A stretch of 64,000 nucleotides of DNA from an uncultured Candidatus Saccharibacteria bacterium (GTDB taxonomy: Bacteria; Patescibacteriota; UBA1384; GWA2-35-9; CAYZGQ01). The stretch is from positions 3,365 to 67,364 of the forward strand of contig CAYZGQ010000001.1 in the NCBI GenBank assembly GCA_964478135.1, written 5' to 3'. Shown here in pieces: positions 1-10,043 of this stretch. Every line of letters starts with the position of its first letter. Position 1 is the first letter of the stretch. The notes beneath the pieces are model-generated. The model saw nothing but the letters and a program-made list of their open reading frames with translations. It was not told the DNA's origin and made no database searches. The position numbers and the translations under genes were made by a program.

Positions 1-314
1 GAAATCTTATCCGGCGCGAGATCGAGCTTGAGCCGGTCGATAAAATCATCCTTATTGGCACGAAAGTCGTTGTCCTGGGACAAGGCAAGGCGACCTGGTT
101 TTCGGCCCCACAATCGAGCGCCGCCCACAACAGTTTGCCTGTTGGGACTAAGGTTAAGGTGGTCAATTTGGCCAACAGCCAAGCGGTGATAGTGACCGTG
201 ATTGGGGCGGGTATTCGCGGTCCGGCTGTGATTGATCTCTCGCCCGACGCCTTTGCGGTCCTGGCGCCTCTTATCACAGGGGTGATTAACGTTAGGCTTG
301 AGAAAGCGTCATGA
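1..314 (+). CDS. RlpA-like double-psi beta-barrel (DPBB) domain protein, C-terminal fragment (5' end outside window)
   Basis: The frame starting at nt 3 is open to TGA 312-314. It is absent from the ORF track because no start lies in the window. Translation ...GKATWFSAPQSSAAHNSLPVGTKVKVVNLANSQAVIVTVIGAGIRGPAVIDLSPDAFAVLA... fits the RlpA/3D DPBB pattern (AAH..LP.GT.v.V.N..N...V.V.drGP...iDLS..AF). The stop overlaps the rsmA ATG (ATGA). Confidence 0.6.
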   Translation, partial: NLIRREIELEPVDKIILIGTKVVVLGQGKATWFSAPQSSAAHNSLPVGTKVKVVNLANSQAVIVTVIGAGIRGPAVIDLSPDAFAVLAPLITGVINVRLEKAS

Positions 315-1165
315 ACGATCTTCAAGACCAGTTAATCTTGGAACTCAAGCGATACGCGGTTAAGCCCAACAAGAGGCTGGGTCAGTTTTTTGTGATTGAT
401 TCTCGAACAATCCAAACTATGGTTGAATTGGGACAGATTAGTCCAGCTGATACTGTTTTAGAAATTGGTCCGGGTTTTGGTGGGCTGACCCAAGCCCTCG
501 GACGCCAGGCGGCCCGAGGGCTTGTTGTGGCTCTGGAAAAAGATTTTAAACTGGTCACTATCTTGAGCGCCAAGTTTAAGAATTGGCACAATATCAAAAT
601 TGTCCATACCGACGCTCTGGCGTTTGAGTACTCGGTTTTGGTTCGACCATTCAAAGTTGTGGCTAATCTGCCTTATCAAATAACCTCACCGATAATCCGT
701 CGATTGATCGACGAATCGGCTCAACTGATGGTTCTCATGGTTCAAAAAGAAGTTGGACAGCGCATCAGCGCCAGGCCGGGCGATTCCAAGCGTGGGGTGT
801 TGACGATTATTATTGAACTCTTTGGTTTAGCCGAGCTGGTCCAGATCGTCCCACGGACCAGTTTTTTTCCGAAACCTGATGTTGAGGGGGCAATCATTCG
901 ACTAACGCCCAAGCGGGATCGGACCAGGAATGAAAGACAAAATAAGATCGTCATGCTCTTGGCTAAGGCGGGTTTTTCGGGCAAAAGGAGACAGATTCAC
1001 AATAGTTTGAGTGCGGGCTTGAGATTATCAAAAAGGACTGTCCTTGAACTCCTTAAGAGTGCTAAGATTAATCCAGGACAACGCGCTCAAGAGTTGTCAC
1101 TTAAGGACTGGCAGAGATTGGCGGTCGAATACTCAAGTTTAATTGCTTCCAAGCGCGCGCTTTAG
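311..1165 (+). CDS. rsmA: 16S rRNA dimethyladenosine transferase RsmA/KsgA
   Basis: 284 aa. SAM-binding loop VLEIGPGFGGLT and the ANLPYQITSP motif are typical of KsgA. Confidence 0.9.
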   Translation: MNDLQDQLILELKRYAVKPNKRLGQFFVIDSRTIQTMVELGQISPADTVLEIGPGFGGLTQALGRQAARGLVVALEKDFKLVTILSAKFKNWHNIKIVHTDALAFEYSVLVRPFKVVANLPYQITSPIIRRLIDESAQLMVLMVQKEVGQRISARPGDSKRGVLTIIIELFGLAELVQIVPRTSFFPKPDVEGAIIRLTPKRDRTRNERQNKIVMLLAKAGFSGKRRQIHNSLSAGLRLSKRTVLELLKSAKINPGQRAQELSLKDWQRLAVEYSSLIASKRAL

Positions 1166-1178
1166 GGTTGGATATGAC

Positions 1179-1901
1179 ATGCTCTATATTGTCGCCACAC
1201 CCATCGGTAACTTAGAAGATATTACCCTTCGGGCCCTTAGAATACTCCAAGAGGCTGATTTGATTGTGGCGGAAGACACTCGTCGAGTCGCTAAATTGTT
1301 ACAGCGCCACGCTATCGCGACACCAACCCAGTCCTATCATCAGCACTCTGGGCCAGTCAAACTAGACTTTATTCTTAATCAACTCAAGCAGGGCCGTGTC
1401 ATTGCCCTGGTTAGTGATGCTGGGACCCCGGCCATTTCTGATCCTGGCGGCCAGCTTGTTGAGCTGGCCAGCCAAGCTGGAGTTGAAGTTTCTCCAATCC
1501 CTGGACCCTCGGCAGTTACAGCCGCTCTTTCGGTGTCTGGTTTTCCAGCCCAGCAATTTTTGTTTCTTGGTTACCTGCCCAAAAAGAAGGGTCGGGCGAC
1601 GATTCTGGCAAGCCTGAAAGATTACCTTGCCGGGATTAAGACCGTTGTCCTGTATGAATCACCCCAGCGTTTAGGCAGAACCCTTAGTGATCTCAAGCAG
1701 GGGTTGGGAGAGAATCAAGTTTGTATCGGTCGTGAAATGACCAAGCTGTACGAACAGATTTTTCGGGGAACGCTGACCCAGGCGATCGAGCACTTTAGTG
1801 GTGTCGTCAAGGGAGAGCTGACAATCGTGTTACACACTAACTCCAAGGTTCAAAGCTCAAATACCGGTTCAAGCTCAAGGCTTAAACCTTACAACAGTTG
1901 A
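1179..1901 (+). CDS. rsmI: 16S rRNA (cytidine-2'-O)-methyltransferase RsmI
   Basis: MLYIVATPIGNLEDITLRALRIL..ADLIVAEDTR is the canonical RsmI N-terminus. I moved the start from the ORF-track 1143 to ATG 1179, which removes the overlap with rsmA. Confidence 0.9.
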   Translation: MLYIVATPIGNLEDITLRALRILQEADLIVAEDTRRVAKLLQRHAIATPTQSYHQHSGPVKLDFILNQLKQGRVIALVSDAGTPAISDPGGQLVELASQAGVEVSPIPGPSAVTAALSVSGFPAQQFLFLGYLPKKKGRATILASLKDYLAGIKTVVLYESPQRLGRTLSDLKQGLGENQVCIGREMTKLYEQIFRGTLTQAIEHFSGVVKGELTIVLHTNSKVQSSNTGSSSRLKPYNS

Positions 1902-1954
1902 GATTTATTAATTTAGGTTTGATTTGGAGTTTGTTACTTTGCTAAGTTAAGGCT

Positions 1955-2248
1955 ATGACCGACCGAAGTGATAAGTCTCAAGTTACCCTGCGCGTCTTTG
2001 GTCAAGTTACTGGGGTGAGTTTTCGCTACTACATCCTCCAGCAGGCCGAAAAGATTGGTCAGATTACTGGCTTTGTTCGCAACGAGTTCAACGGTTCGGT
2101 TTTGATTGTCGCCCAAGGGCCAAAAGAAAAACTAGAACGTCTTATTAAGTCGGCCAGACAGGGTTCTCGGTTGGCTCGAGTGACAAAGGTGGCGATTGAT
2201 TGGTCTGAACCCATAGATCGATTCGATAACTTCACACTAGGGCTCTAG
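1955..2248 (+). CDS. acyP: acylphosphatase
   Basis: 97 aa. VFGQVTGVSFRYY and GFVRNEFNGSV match the acylphosphatase signatures V.G.VQGV.FR and G.V.N..dG.V. Confidence 0.85.
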   Translation: MTDRSDKSQVTLRVFGQVTGVSFRYYILQQAEKIGQITGFVRNEFNGSVLIVAQGPKEKLERLIKSARQGSRLARVTKVAIDWSEPIDRFDNFTLGL

Positions 2249-2287
2249 GTCTTTACCAATTCGCGGTCGTTCAGGTATGATCAAGCT

Positions 2288-3706
2288 ATGACACAGCCCA
2301 CGCGGGTCTACATTACGACCTCGATTGCCTATGTTAACGCGCCGCCTCACATCGGTTACGCTCTAGAATTGATCCAGGCCGATGTTTTGGCCCGCTACTA
2401 CCGTCAAGAGGGAGCTGAAGTCTTTTTTCTCACCGGGACTGACGAGCATGGCCAGAAGAACTATCAAACAGCCAAGGCGGCTGGCCAAGATACTCAAACG
2501 TTTATCAATGCGATTGCCCCAAAATTCAAGGCTTTAACCAAGGCGTTGAACATTTCCAACGACGATTTTATCCGTACTTCGGATAAAAAACGCCATCATC
2601 CAACAGCCCAGAAATTTTGGCAGGCGCTTGATCGGGCAGGCGATTTGTATAAGAAGCGCTATCAGGGCCTGTACTGTGTCGGTCATGAGTCATTCATCCT
2701 CCAAAAGGAGCTGGTGACTGGTTTGTGTCCGGATCACAAGACCAGGCCAGAGTTGATTGACGAAGAAAATTATTTTTTCAGACTTTCCAGATACCAAGAC
2801 GAGCTCAAGCACCTGATCGAGAGCGATCGGATAAAAATTGTACCGGCCAATCGCAAGCACGAAAGCCTTAATTTTATCGATCAAGGTCTAAAAGACATTT
2901 CATTCTCTCGCTCCAAGAAAACTTTGCCTTGGGGTGTCGGAGTGCCCTCTGATCCAGATCAAGTTATGTACGTCTGGGCCGATGCCCTGACTAACTATCT
3001 TTCGGCAATCGGCTATCACGACAACAGGCATATCAAGTGGTGGAATCAAGCCGATCAGCGAGTCCATTTGATTGGCAAAGATATCGTTCGGTTTCACGCC
3101 CTATACTGGCCGGCCATGCTCTTATCAGCCAAACTGCCAGTTCCGACCAAGTTGCTGGTTCATGGTCACATCACAGTTGAGAACCAAAAGATGTCCAAGA
3201 GTCTGGGTAATGTGGTTGATCCATTTGAGTTGATTAAACCCTATGGAGTTGATCCAGCCCGCTACTTTCTGCTGCGCCAAATCCCCACGAGCGACGATGG
3301 CGATTTTTCATGGCAACACTTCCAAGAGCGTTACCGAAGCGATCTGGCCAATGATTTAGGCAACTTGCTTCAGCGCAGTCTAGTTTTGATCAAAAAACAC
3401 AAACTGGTTATTAAACCAAGTGTTAAACCCAGCCCTATCAAGGTCAACGATCTGATCGAGCGGTTTGATCTGGCCGGCGCGCTAGACTCAATTTGGAAAA
3501 TTGTAACCGAGGCCAACAAATACGTTGATCAACAAAAACCCTGGCAGTTTGAGTTAGGCGATTCACGAGCTCGGCAGGTTCTAACCAGTTTGTACCGCCG
3601 CCTTGAAACCGTCGCGGCTGATCTTAAACCACTCCTGCCTGACACGAGCGCCAATATGTTGGGCCAACTCAACTCGAAACAACCCGAGCCACTTTTCCCG
3701 CGCTAG
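2288..3706 (+). CDS. metG: methionyl-tRNA synthetase (short form)
   Basis: 472 aa. Class I HIGH-type motif APPHIGYALE and a KMSKS loop (NQKMSKSLGN). Confidence 0.95.
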   Translation: MTQPTRVYITTSIAYVNAPPHIGYALELIQADVLARYYRQEGAEVFFLTGTDEHGQKNYQTAKAAGQDTQTFINAIAPKFKALTKALNISNDDFIRTSDKKRHHPTAQKFWQALDRAGDLYKKRYQGLYCVGHESFILQKELVTGLCPDHKTRPELIDEENYFFRLSRYQDELKHLIESDRIKIVPANRKHESLNFIDQGLKDISFSRSKKTLPWGVGVPSDPDQVMYVWADALTNYLSAIGYHDNRHIKWWNQADQRVHLIGKDIVRFHALYWPAMLLSAKLPVPTKLLVHGHITVENQKMSKSLGNVVDPFELIKPYGVDPARYFLLRQIPTSDDGDFSWQHFQERYRSDLANDLGNLLQRSLVLIKKHKLVIKPSVKPSPIKVNDLIERFDLAGALDSIWKIVTEANKYVDQQKPWQFELGDSRARQVLTSLYRRLETVAADLKPLLPDTSANMLGQLNSKQPEPLFPR

Positions 3707-3707
3707 T

Positions 3708-4553
3708 ATGTTAGTCTTGATTATTGCTGGTCTAGCGGAAAGTTTTGGCACCATTTTGGAGAAGTATTCGCTCTCGAGGGTCAGGTTGAGCGTGTCGGAA
3801 CACTTGGTCGCCCTTCATACTGGTCTGGCCCTTGTCACAGTCTTGGTTTTACCGTGGTTTGGCTCGATTAATCTAGAATTGGCGATTCAGCCGGCTAACT
3901 TATTCAAGCTTGTTTTAGTCTTGGTCATTGCCGCTGGTTGGAATCTTGGTTATGCCAAGGCACTCAAGGCCGAGTCGCTGGACGAGTTTGAAGCGATTAT
4001 TTTAATCGCTCCTTTGGCAACTATTATTTTGTCAGCGCTTTTTTTGAACTCTGAACGTGATGGGCGGATCATTCTAGCCTCAAGTCTGTCGGTGGCTGCC
4101 TTATTCTGGGCCCATATCAAACGCCACCATCTTGTTTTCAAAAGATCGAGTCGTCTTTTATTTGGTGTGGTTGGGCTAATGGCGGTCGAGGTGGTACTTT
4201 TACGCCAGTTGCTTGACGTTTTTTCACCGGCCGTTTTATACGTTTTTAGAACCGGTTTTGTCGCGTTGATTATTTTTTCTTTCTTCCGGCCACGCCTTAA
4301 CCGAGCGATTAAACATTGGCCGGTCATTCTCGGGGCGACGATCCTATTCGTGGTATTTCGACTCATCCAGTACACCGCTTTTGTTAACCAGGGAGTCGTC
4401 TACAGCACTGGCGTGCTGGTTTTGTCACCGTTTTTGGTTCTTGTGGCCGATAATCTTATCTTGAAAGAGAAGATCCAACCCCGACAGTTACTCGCTATTT
4501 TCGTGATCGTTGCCTCGATTGTATACGCCACGGTCTCAAGCGGGCGATCTTGA
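3708..4553 (+). CDS. polytopic membrane protein, EamA/DMT-like transporter
   Basis: About 10 hydrophobic segments in two halves. I set the start at ATG 3708 (MLVLIIAGLAE...), immediately after the metG stop; the ORF-track start at 3603 lies inside metG. Confidence 0.5.
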   Translation: MLVLIIAGLAESFGTILEKYSLSRVRLSVSEHLVALHTGLALVTVLVLPWFGSINLELAIQPANLFKLVLVLVIAAGWNLGYAKALKAESLDEFEAIILIAPLATIILSALFLNSERDGRIILASSLSVAALFWAHIKRHHLVFKRSSRLLFGVVGLMAVEVVLLRQLLDVFSPAVLYVFRTGFVALIIFSFFRPRLNRAIKHWPVILGATILFVVFRLIQYTAFVNQGVVYSTGVLVLSPFLVLVADNLILKEKIQPRQLLAIFVIVASIVYATVSSGRS

Positions 4554-4647
4554 TTATGACCACCAAACTGTTCTCTTTAGGACTACTTAGCGATATAATT
4601 CAGCCTTGGTCGATTAAGATTCAATTTTGAGTTATGAGTTTTGAATT

Positions 4648-5445
4648 ATGTTGATCGATAGCCATTGTCATTTGAATTTTAAAGCCTTTGAGGCGGATTG
4701 GCCGAGTGTTTTAGAGCGGTCCGTCCAAGCCGGAGTTGGGCTGATAGTTGTTTCGACCGATCTTAAAACCAGTCAAAAAGCGCTTGAAATTGCCCAAAAT
4801 CAAGATCGGGTTTGGGCGGCGGTTGGCTTTCACCCAATCCATGTTGTCGATCGAGACTGGCGGTCTGAAGTCAACCGTATTTTGGAATTGGTGAGACACC
4901 CTAAAGTGGTCGCACTTGGTGAGATTGGTTTTGATCGATTTGATCTTAAGCGCAGAAATATTCCCACAAGTGACTGGCCGAGTCTTATTGCAACCCAGTC
5001 CAGGATTGTTGATCTCTTTCTCGCCGAGTCAAAAGTATCTAAAAAGCCAATTATTTTTCACTCTCGCGAGGCCCAAGACCTAATCAGTCAAACAGTCACT
5101 AGCCACAAAGCCAATCGGAGCCAGAAGGAGTGGTTTGTGCAACACTGTTTTCCCGGACGACTCGAGGATGCCAGCCAGATTATTGCCTCTGGCGGACTGA
5201 TCTCATTTACCGGTTTGATTACCTATAATCATCAGTCGGACGAGGTGGTAAAACAACTGCCGCTTGAGAAAATAATGATCGAGACTGACTCGCCCTACTT
5301 GACGCCAGAGCCTTTCCGAGGCCAGCGCAATGAGCCGGGCTACGTCCGGGCGGTGGCCGATCGAATTGCTCAACTCAAAGGTCTTACATTTCAAGAGGTG
5401 GCTCGGACAACGACCGGCAACGCCGAACGATTCTTTGGGGTTTGA
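4648..5445 (+). CDS. tatD: TatD-family metal-dependent hydrolase
   Basis: MLIDSHCHLNF N-terminus, GEIGFD, and ETDSPYLTP near the C-terminus. Confidence 0.85.
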   Translation: MLIDSHCHLNFKAFEADWPSVLERSVQAGVGLIVVSTDLKTSQKALEIAQNQDRVWAAVGFHPIHVVDRDWRSEVNRILELVRHPKVVALGEIGFDRFDLKRRNIPTSDWPSLIATQSRIVDLFLAESKVSKKPIIFHSREAQDLISQTVTSHKANRSQKEWFVQHCFPGRLEDASQIIASGGLISFTGLITYNHQSDEVVKQLPLEKIMIETDSPYLTPEPFRGQRNEPGYVRAVADRIAQLKGLTFQEVARTTTGNAERFFGV

Positions 5446-5479
5446 AATGGCATTGAATCGCCATAGTTAGATTTTCACA

Positions 5480-6697
5480 ATGACTACTTTGGGGTTTGAA
5501 ATGATTCGAAGAGAGTTTCCAATTTTTAAGACCAATCCAGACTTGGTTTATTTAGATAGCGCCAGTAGCGCCCAAAAGCCGAGCTTAGTGATTGAGGCGA
5601 TCGAAGAGTTCTACCAAAAGCGTTACGCTAATGTTCATCGAGGATTGTATCGTCTTAGCCAAGAGGCGAGTGAGCAGTTTGAACAGGCGCGAGTAAGGGT
5701 CGCGCGCTTTATTGGGGCCCAACCACAAGAGATTGTTTTTACATCCGGGGCAACCGAGTCAATCAACCTAGTTGCTCAGGGCAGTCTTAATTCTGGCCTT
5801 AAATCTGGACATAATATTGTCATAACTGAACTGGAGCACCACTCAAACATTGTGCCATGGCAGTTGCTGACCCGAACCAGGGGGATAGAGTTAAGATGGA
5901 TTAGCTATGATCATGCTCAAGGAGGGCTGAATCTTAAATTAGCCAAAACTTTGATTGATTCAGAGACTCATCTGGTAGCCATTACCGGAATGTCGAATGT
6001 TTTGGGAGTTAAACCGCCAGTCGCTCACCTGGCGACCTTGGCTCGGAGTAGGGGGGCTCGAGTTTTAGTTGACGCGACTCAATTAGTCGTCCACCAGAAG
6101 ATTGAACTATCAAAACTTGGTGTGGACTATCTTGTCTTCTCAAGTCATAAGCTTTACGGTCCGACCGGAACAGGCGTATTATGGGTTAACCCTAAACACC
6201 ACCAGTCGTTTGAGCCGGTCTTGACTGGTTCGCAGATAGTGAGCGCGGTTTCGAAAAAAGGTCCAACTTGGCGAGACTTTCCAGAGAAATTGGAGCCGGG
6301 CACGCCCAATATATCCGGCGTGGTCGGTTTGGCCAGGGCGATTGATTGGGTAGAAAAAACTCGGTTAAAGCACCAGGCGCTTGATCAAATGGAAGGTTTA
6401 CTGGCCCAAAAGGCGGCCCAAAGCCTGAAACAGATTCCTGGAGTCAGGGTCTTGAGTGATCATTCAAACTGTAATCCGATCTTGTCTTTCGTTTTTGAAC
6501 ATGTTCATCCTCATGATGTGGCTGAATATTTAGGCCAAAACTCGATCGCGATCCGGGCCGGTCATCACTGCGCCGAGCCTCTTCATCAGTCTCTTGGGTT
6601 CTTGGCAACCTGTCGGGTAAGTTTCGGTTACTACTCGAATCTAGATGATGTTAACCGATTGGTAAGATCATTAATTAAGTTGGCCCGATATGGTTAA
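5480..6697 (+). CDS. sufS: cysteine desulfurase (class V aminotransferase, SufS/Csd type)
   Basis: YLDSASSAQKP, VHRGLYRLSQEA, the PLP-lysine region SSHKLYGPTGTGVLW, and the catalytic-Cys region RAGHHCAEPL. Confidence 0.85.
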   Translation: MTTLGFEMIRREFPIFKTNPDLVYLDSASSAQKPSLVIEAIEEFYQKRYANVHRGLYRLSQEASEQFEQARVRVARFIGAQPQEIVFTSGATESINLVAQGSLNSGLKSGHNIVITELEHHSNIVPWQLLTRTRGIELRWISYDHAQGGLNLKLAKTLIDSETHLVAITGMSNVLGVKPPVAHLATLARSRGARVLVDATQLVVHQKIELSKLGVDYLVFSSHKLYGPTGTGVLWVNPKHHQSFEPVLTGSQIVSAVSKKGPTWRDFPEKLEPGTPNISGVVGLARAIDWVEKTRLKHQALDQMEGLLAQKAAQSLKQIPGVRVLSDHSNCNPILSFVFEHVHPHDVAEYLGQNSIAIRAGHHCAEPLHQSLGFLATCRVSFGYYSNLDDVNRLVRSLIKLARYG

Positions 6698-7058
6698 TGA
6701 TTACTTTCGTATTCTAGAACAGGCGAGAGATCTTAAGTTCGCCCGCCGGCCCAAAGCTTTTGATCACAAGATTAAAGCTGAAAATCACGCCTGCGGCGAT
6801 TATGTCGATTTCTACCTCTCGCTTGATAAAAACAAGATCAAAGAGCTGGTCTTTTCAGCTAACGCCTGTGTTTTGGCAACCCTGGCCGCCAATGAGCTAT
6901 GCCGTATCTTAACCCATAAGCCGATCAGTCACATCAAGAATATCTCAGTCGATCTACTGGAAAAAAGGCTTGGCTCTAAGATTAGCTCATCCCGCAAGCA
7001 GTGCCTTAGACTGGGTTTGACCAGTCTGACCGAGGCTTTATTCAGCCAATCAAAATAG
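6690..7058 (+). CDS. sufU: SufU/IscU-like Fe-S cluster scaffold
   Basis: 122 aa. HACGDYVDFYL and SANACVLATLAANELC cysteines. The gene overlaps the sufS end by 8 nt. Confidence 0.7.
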   Translation: MVNDYFRILEQARDLKFARRPKAFDHKIKAENHACGDYVDFYLSLDKNKIKELVFSANACVLATLAANELCRILTHKPISHIKNISVDLLEKRLGSKISSSRKQCLRLGLTSLTEALFSQSK

Positions 7059-7071
7059 TAAAATAAACACT

Positions 7072-8022
7072 ATGGTAACTTTTTTAGATCTAATCTTGTT
7101 TGTCTGGGTGGCGTTTTGGCTTTTTCAGGGCTGGCGTAAAGGCCTGTTCAGAACCGGGGCTGAATTAATTGGCTTAATTTTTACGATTGTCCTAGCCCTT
7201 CAGCTCGCCCGTCCGTTCTCTGTCTTAATAGCCGGCGTGGTTGATTCCGGTCTGGCCTACCCGATCAGCTTCTTATCTTTATGGCTAATTTTTCATTTAA
7301 TATGGCTGTTAATTATTAGGCTGGTTGAAACAAGCCTACCTCAAAAAGTTCTTGGGTCGGAAGTCAATAAAGTAGCCGGCAGTCTATTGGCTGGATTATA
7401 TGGAGTAACCGCAATCGGTCTTAGTCTTGCTATTATTTTAGCTTTGCCGGTTAATAACCGATTTAAATCAGTCATAACAGATAGTGCCGTGGCCTCTCAA
7501 CTGATCGGTCGAACCGCTCGATTAACCCGATTTTTGGAAAGCCAGATCCAACGGTCAGTTGGTCAGACCCTTAGCTACTTTACAGTTCGGCCTCTCTCGC
7601 AAAATAGCTACGAGATTAAACTTAAGCCCGGCCCCTTAACCGTTGATCTGTCAAGTCAAAAAAAGATGCTCGAACTTGTTAATTTGGAACGGCGCAAGGC
7701 CGGGCAAAGGGATCTTGAGCTGGATCAAGATCTGACTAGATTAGCCCAAGGTCAGGCCCAAGACATGTGGCTTAGGCGCTATTTTGGCCACGTCAATCCA
7801 GATGGTCAAGATCCGTTTGCCCGGATGGATAAAGCAAAAATCAGTTATCAAAGCGCGGGCGAAAATCTAGCCCTAGCCCCAAGCGTCGAACTGGCTCACC
7901 TTGGCTTAATGGATTCCTCCGGTCATCGAGCAAACATTCTAAACCCAGGTTTTGGCAGGGTTGGCATAGGAGTGGTTGATGGAGGGTTTGGCAAGATATT
8001 TGTCCAGGAATTCACCAATTAA
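7072..8022 (+). CDS. membrane protein: CvpA-like TM domain fused to CAP/SCP (YkwD-like) domain
   Basis: The N-terminal four-TM region resembles CvpA. The C-terminal LVNLERRKAG...FGHVNPDG...SAGENLA...GHRANILNPGFGRVGIGV matches the bacterial CAP domain pattern. Confidence 0.7.
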   Translation: MVTFLDLILFVWVAFWLFQGWRKGLFRTGAELIGLIFTIVLALQLARPFSVLIAGVVDSGLAYPISFLSLWLIFHLIWLLIIRLVETSLPQKVLGSEVNKVAGSLLAGLYGVTAIGLSLAIILALPVNNRFKSVITDSAVASQLIGRTARLTRFLESQIQRSVGQTLSYFTVRPLSQNSYEIKLKPGPLTVDLSSQKKMLELVNLERRKAGQRDLELDQDLTRLAQGQAQDMWLRRYFGHVNPDGQDPFARMDKAKISYQSAGENLALAPSVELAHLGLMDSSGHRANILNPGFGRVGIGVVDGGFGKIFVQEFTN

Positions 8023-8883
8023 ATGCGACTGCTTGAAGGCCAATCGGTTGCCGGGAAAATACTTTTAAATCTAAAAAGGCAGATTGTTCACGATCAGTTA
8101 AGCCCCTGTCTGGCGATCGTGCTGGTTGGGGCCGATCCGGCTAGTTTAAACTACATTAAACAGAAGCAAAAAGCGGCTGATTTTGTTGGTATCGCGACTA
8201 AACTCTATCAGTTAGACAGCCGAGCATCCTACTGGCAAGTGATCGCCTTGATCGATCAACTAAACAGGACGGATCGAGTCAACGGCATCCTGGTCCAGTT
8301 ACCCCTACCAAAAGCTATCAGTCCTGAAATAGTCGGAGTCTCAATTGACCGGATGAAAGATGTGGATGGCTTTCGATTCGAACTGTTCAAACCACCGGCC
8401 GCCTTAGCGATCATAGAGTTATTAAAAGAATACCAAATTGAAGTTAAAGGAAAAAAGATCGTTATCATCGGAAATGGCTTTTTGATCGGCCGGCCGTTTG
8501 CTAAGCTGTCTCGAGCCTTGGGCGCGCGGGTTGAAACAATCAACAGCCAAACCCCGCGGGCACGCCAACTTGCCAGATCGGCCCAGATACTGGTTAGCGC
8601 GACTGGCCAAGCCCGATTGATTGATCGCTCTTGGGTTAAACCGGGTCAGGTGGTTGTTGACGCCGGCGGGGGATATATTGATCAAAATAGGACTCCCAAG
8701 TTTGTCGGTGAGATTAATTTTGATCAGGTCGCTCCGATCGTTAACGCGATCAGTCCCAATCCGGCGGGAGTCGGTCCAATGACGGTCGCCATGCTTATGG
8801 CCAATGTAGTTAAAGCGGCCAAAATTCAGCAAGCTATGGCCAGCCAGTCAGATCGTAAATCAGTTCCTGGGAGACCGATCTAA
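8023..8883 (+). CDS. folD: bifunctional methylenetetrahydrofolate dehydrogenase/cyclohydrolase
   Basis: LAIVLVGADPASLNYIKQK, GILVQLPLP, VIIGNGFLIGRP and PAGVGPMTVAML. Confidence 0.9.
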   Translation: MRLLEGQSVAGKILLNLKRQIVHDQLSPCLAIVLVGADPASLNYIKQKQKAADFVGIATKLYQLDSRASYWQVIALIDQLNRTDRVNGILVQLPLPKAISPEIVGVSIDRMKDVDGFRFELFKPPAALAIIELLKEYQIEVKGKKIVIIGNGFLIGRPFAKLSRALGARVETINSQTPRARQLARSAQILVSATGQARLIDRSWVKPGQVVVDAGGGYIDQNRTPKFVGEINFDQVAPIVNAISPNPAGVGPMTVAMLMANVVKAAKIQQAMASQSDRKSVPGRPI

Positions 8884-8927
8884 ATTTGTCTTCACTTCCA
8901 GTTGATTTAGTGACATACTGATCAATT

Positions 8928-10043
8928 ATGGCTGGAATTATCTCAACTAAAAAAGCTAAAAAGCCGAAAGTCCTGGTTGCTCTTTCTGGGGGGGTTGATA
9001 GCGCCGTAGCCGCGGCTCTTCTGATTAAGCAAGATTATCAAGTCGAGGCCGCTTTTATGAAGAACTATACCCATCCGATTAAGACCCGGGTTGGATTGGC
9101 TTGCCCGTGGCAGGACGATTTGGCCTGCGCCCGCGAGGTGGCAAAACAGCTTGGTATTCGCCTCCATATTTTTAATTTTGAACTGGCGTACTATGAGAAA
9201 GTAGTCAGAAATTTTTTTAATGAGTACGCGGCCGGCAATACTCCTAACCCAGATGCTTTGTGTAACCGAGAAATAAAGTTTGGGCTTTTTTTAAAGCAAG
9301 CCCGCCGATTAGATTTTCAAAAAGTAGCGACCGGTCATTACGCTCAAGTCAAAACAAAAGTTTCTGATCCAACCCAAACGAGATTTTTAAGAGGGGTTGA
9401 TCTGAATAAAGATCAATCTTATTTTATGGCTTTAGTCAGACCGGATCAGCTTGAGCGGGTTATACTGCCAATTGGCGCTATGATTAAGCCGCGAGTCCGT
9501 CAGTTAGCGAGAGAGTTTGGCCTACCCAACGCCAACCGCAAGGACAGTCAGGGCATTTGTTTTATTGGTCCGGTTAAAGTCAATCAATTCCTTCGATCTT
9601 ATTTACCGGTCAAAAAAGGCCAAGTTATGACAACTGATAATCAGGTTGTGGGTCAACACGACGGGGCTTGGTTTTACACGATCGGTCAGCGTCACGGTCT
9701 CGGTCTTGGGGCTGACTTGCCTTACTATGTTGTTGGAAAGTCTGTCAAAAATAACACCCTGACTGTTAGTCTTGGTCCGGAAGATAGCGCCCTGTATTCA
9801 AGAGAGTTTCGGGTCAGATCATTGAACATAATCGCCAGAGCCAGCTTTGATCGAGGTTCGATATCTTGTCAAGTTCAAACCCGGTATCGTCAGCAACCGA
9901 TCGCCGGAACAGTCTTCCCTCAAGGCGCAAAGCAGGCCAAGGTAATTCTTAAAGAGCCGATTCGAGCCGTGACTCCAGGACAAGTAGCGGTATTTTACAC
10001 TGATAACGAGGTTTTGGCCGGAGGGACTATCGTGCTAAAATGA
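8928..10043 (+). CDS. mnmA: tRNA 2-thiouridine(34) synthase MnmA
   Basis: PP-loop VALSGGVDSAVAAALL, CNREIKF, KDQSYFM and DSQGICFIG. Confidence 0.9.
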   Translation: MAGIISTKKAKKPKVLVALSGGVDSAVAAALLIKQDYQVEAAFMKNYTHPIKTRVGLACPWQDDLACAREVAKQLGIRLHIFNFELAYYEKVVRNFFNEYAAGNTPNPDALCNREIKFGLFLKQARRLDFQKVATGHYAQVKTKVSDPTQTRFLRGVDLNKDQSYFMALVRPDQLERVILPIGAMIKPRVRQLAREFGLPNANRKDSQGICFIGPVKVNQFLRSYLPVKKGQVMTTDNQVVGQHDGAWFYTIGQRHGLGLGADLPYYVVGKSVKNNTLTVSLGPEDSALYSREFRVRSLNIIARASFDRGSISCQVQTRYRQQPIAGTVFPQGAKQAKVILKEPIRAVTPGQVAVFYTDNEVLAGGTIVLK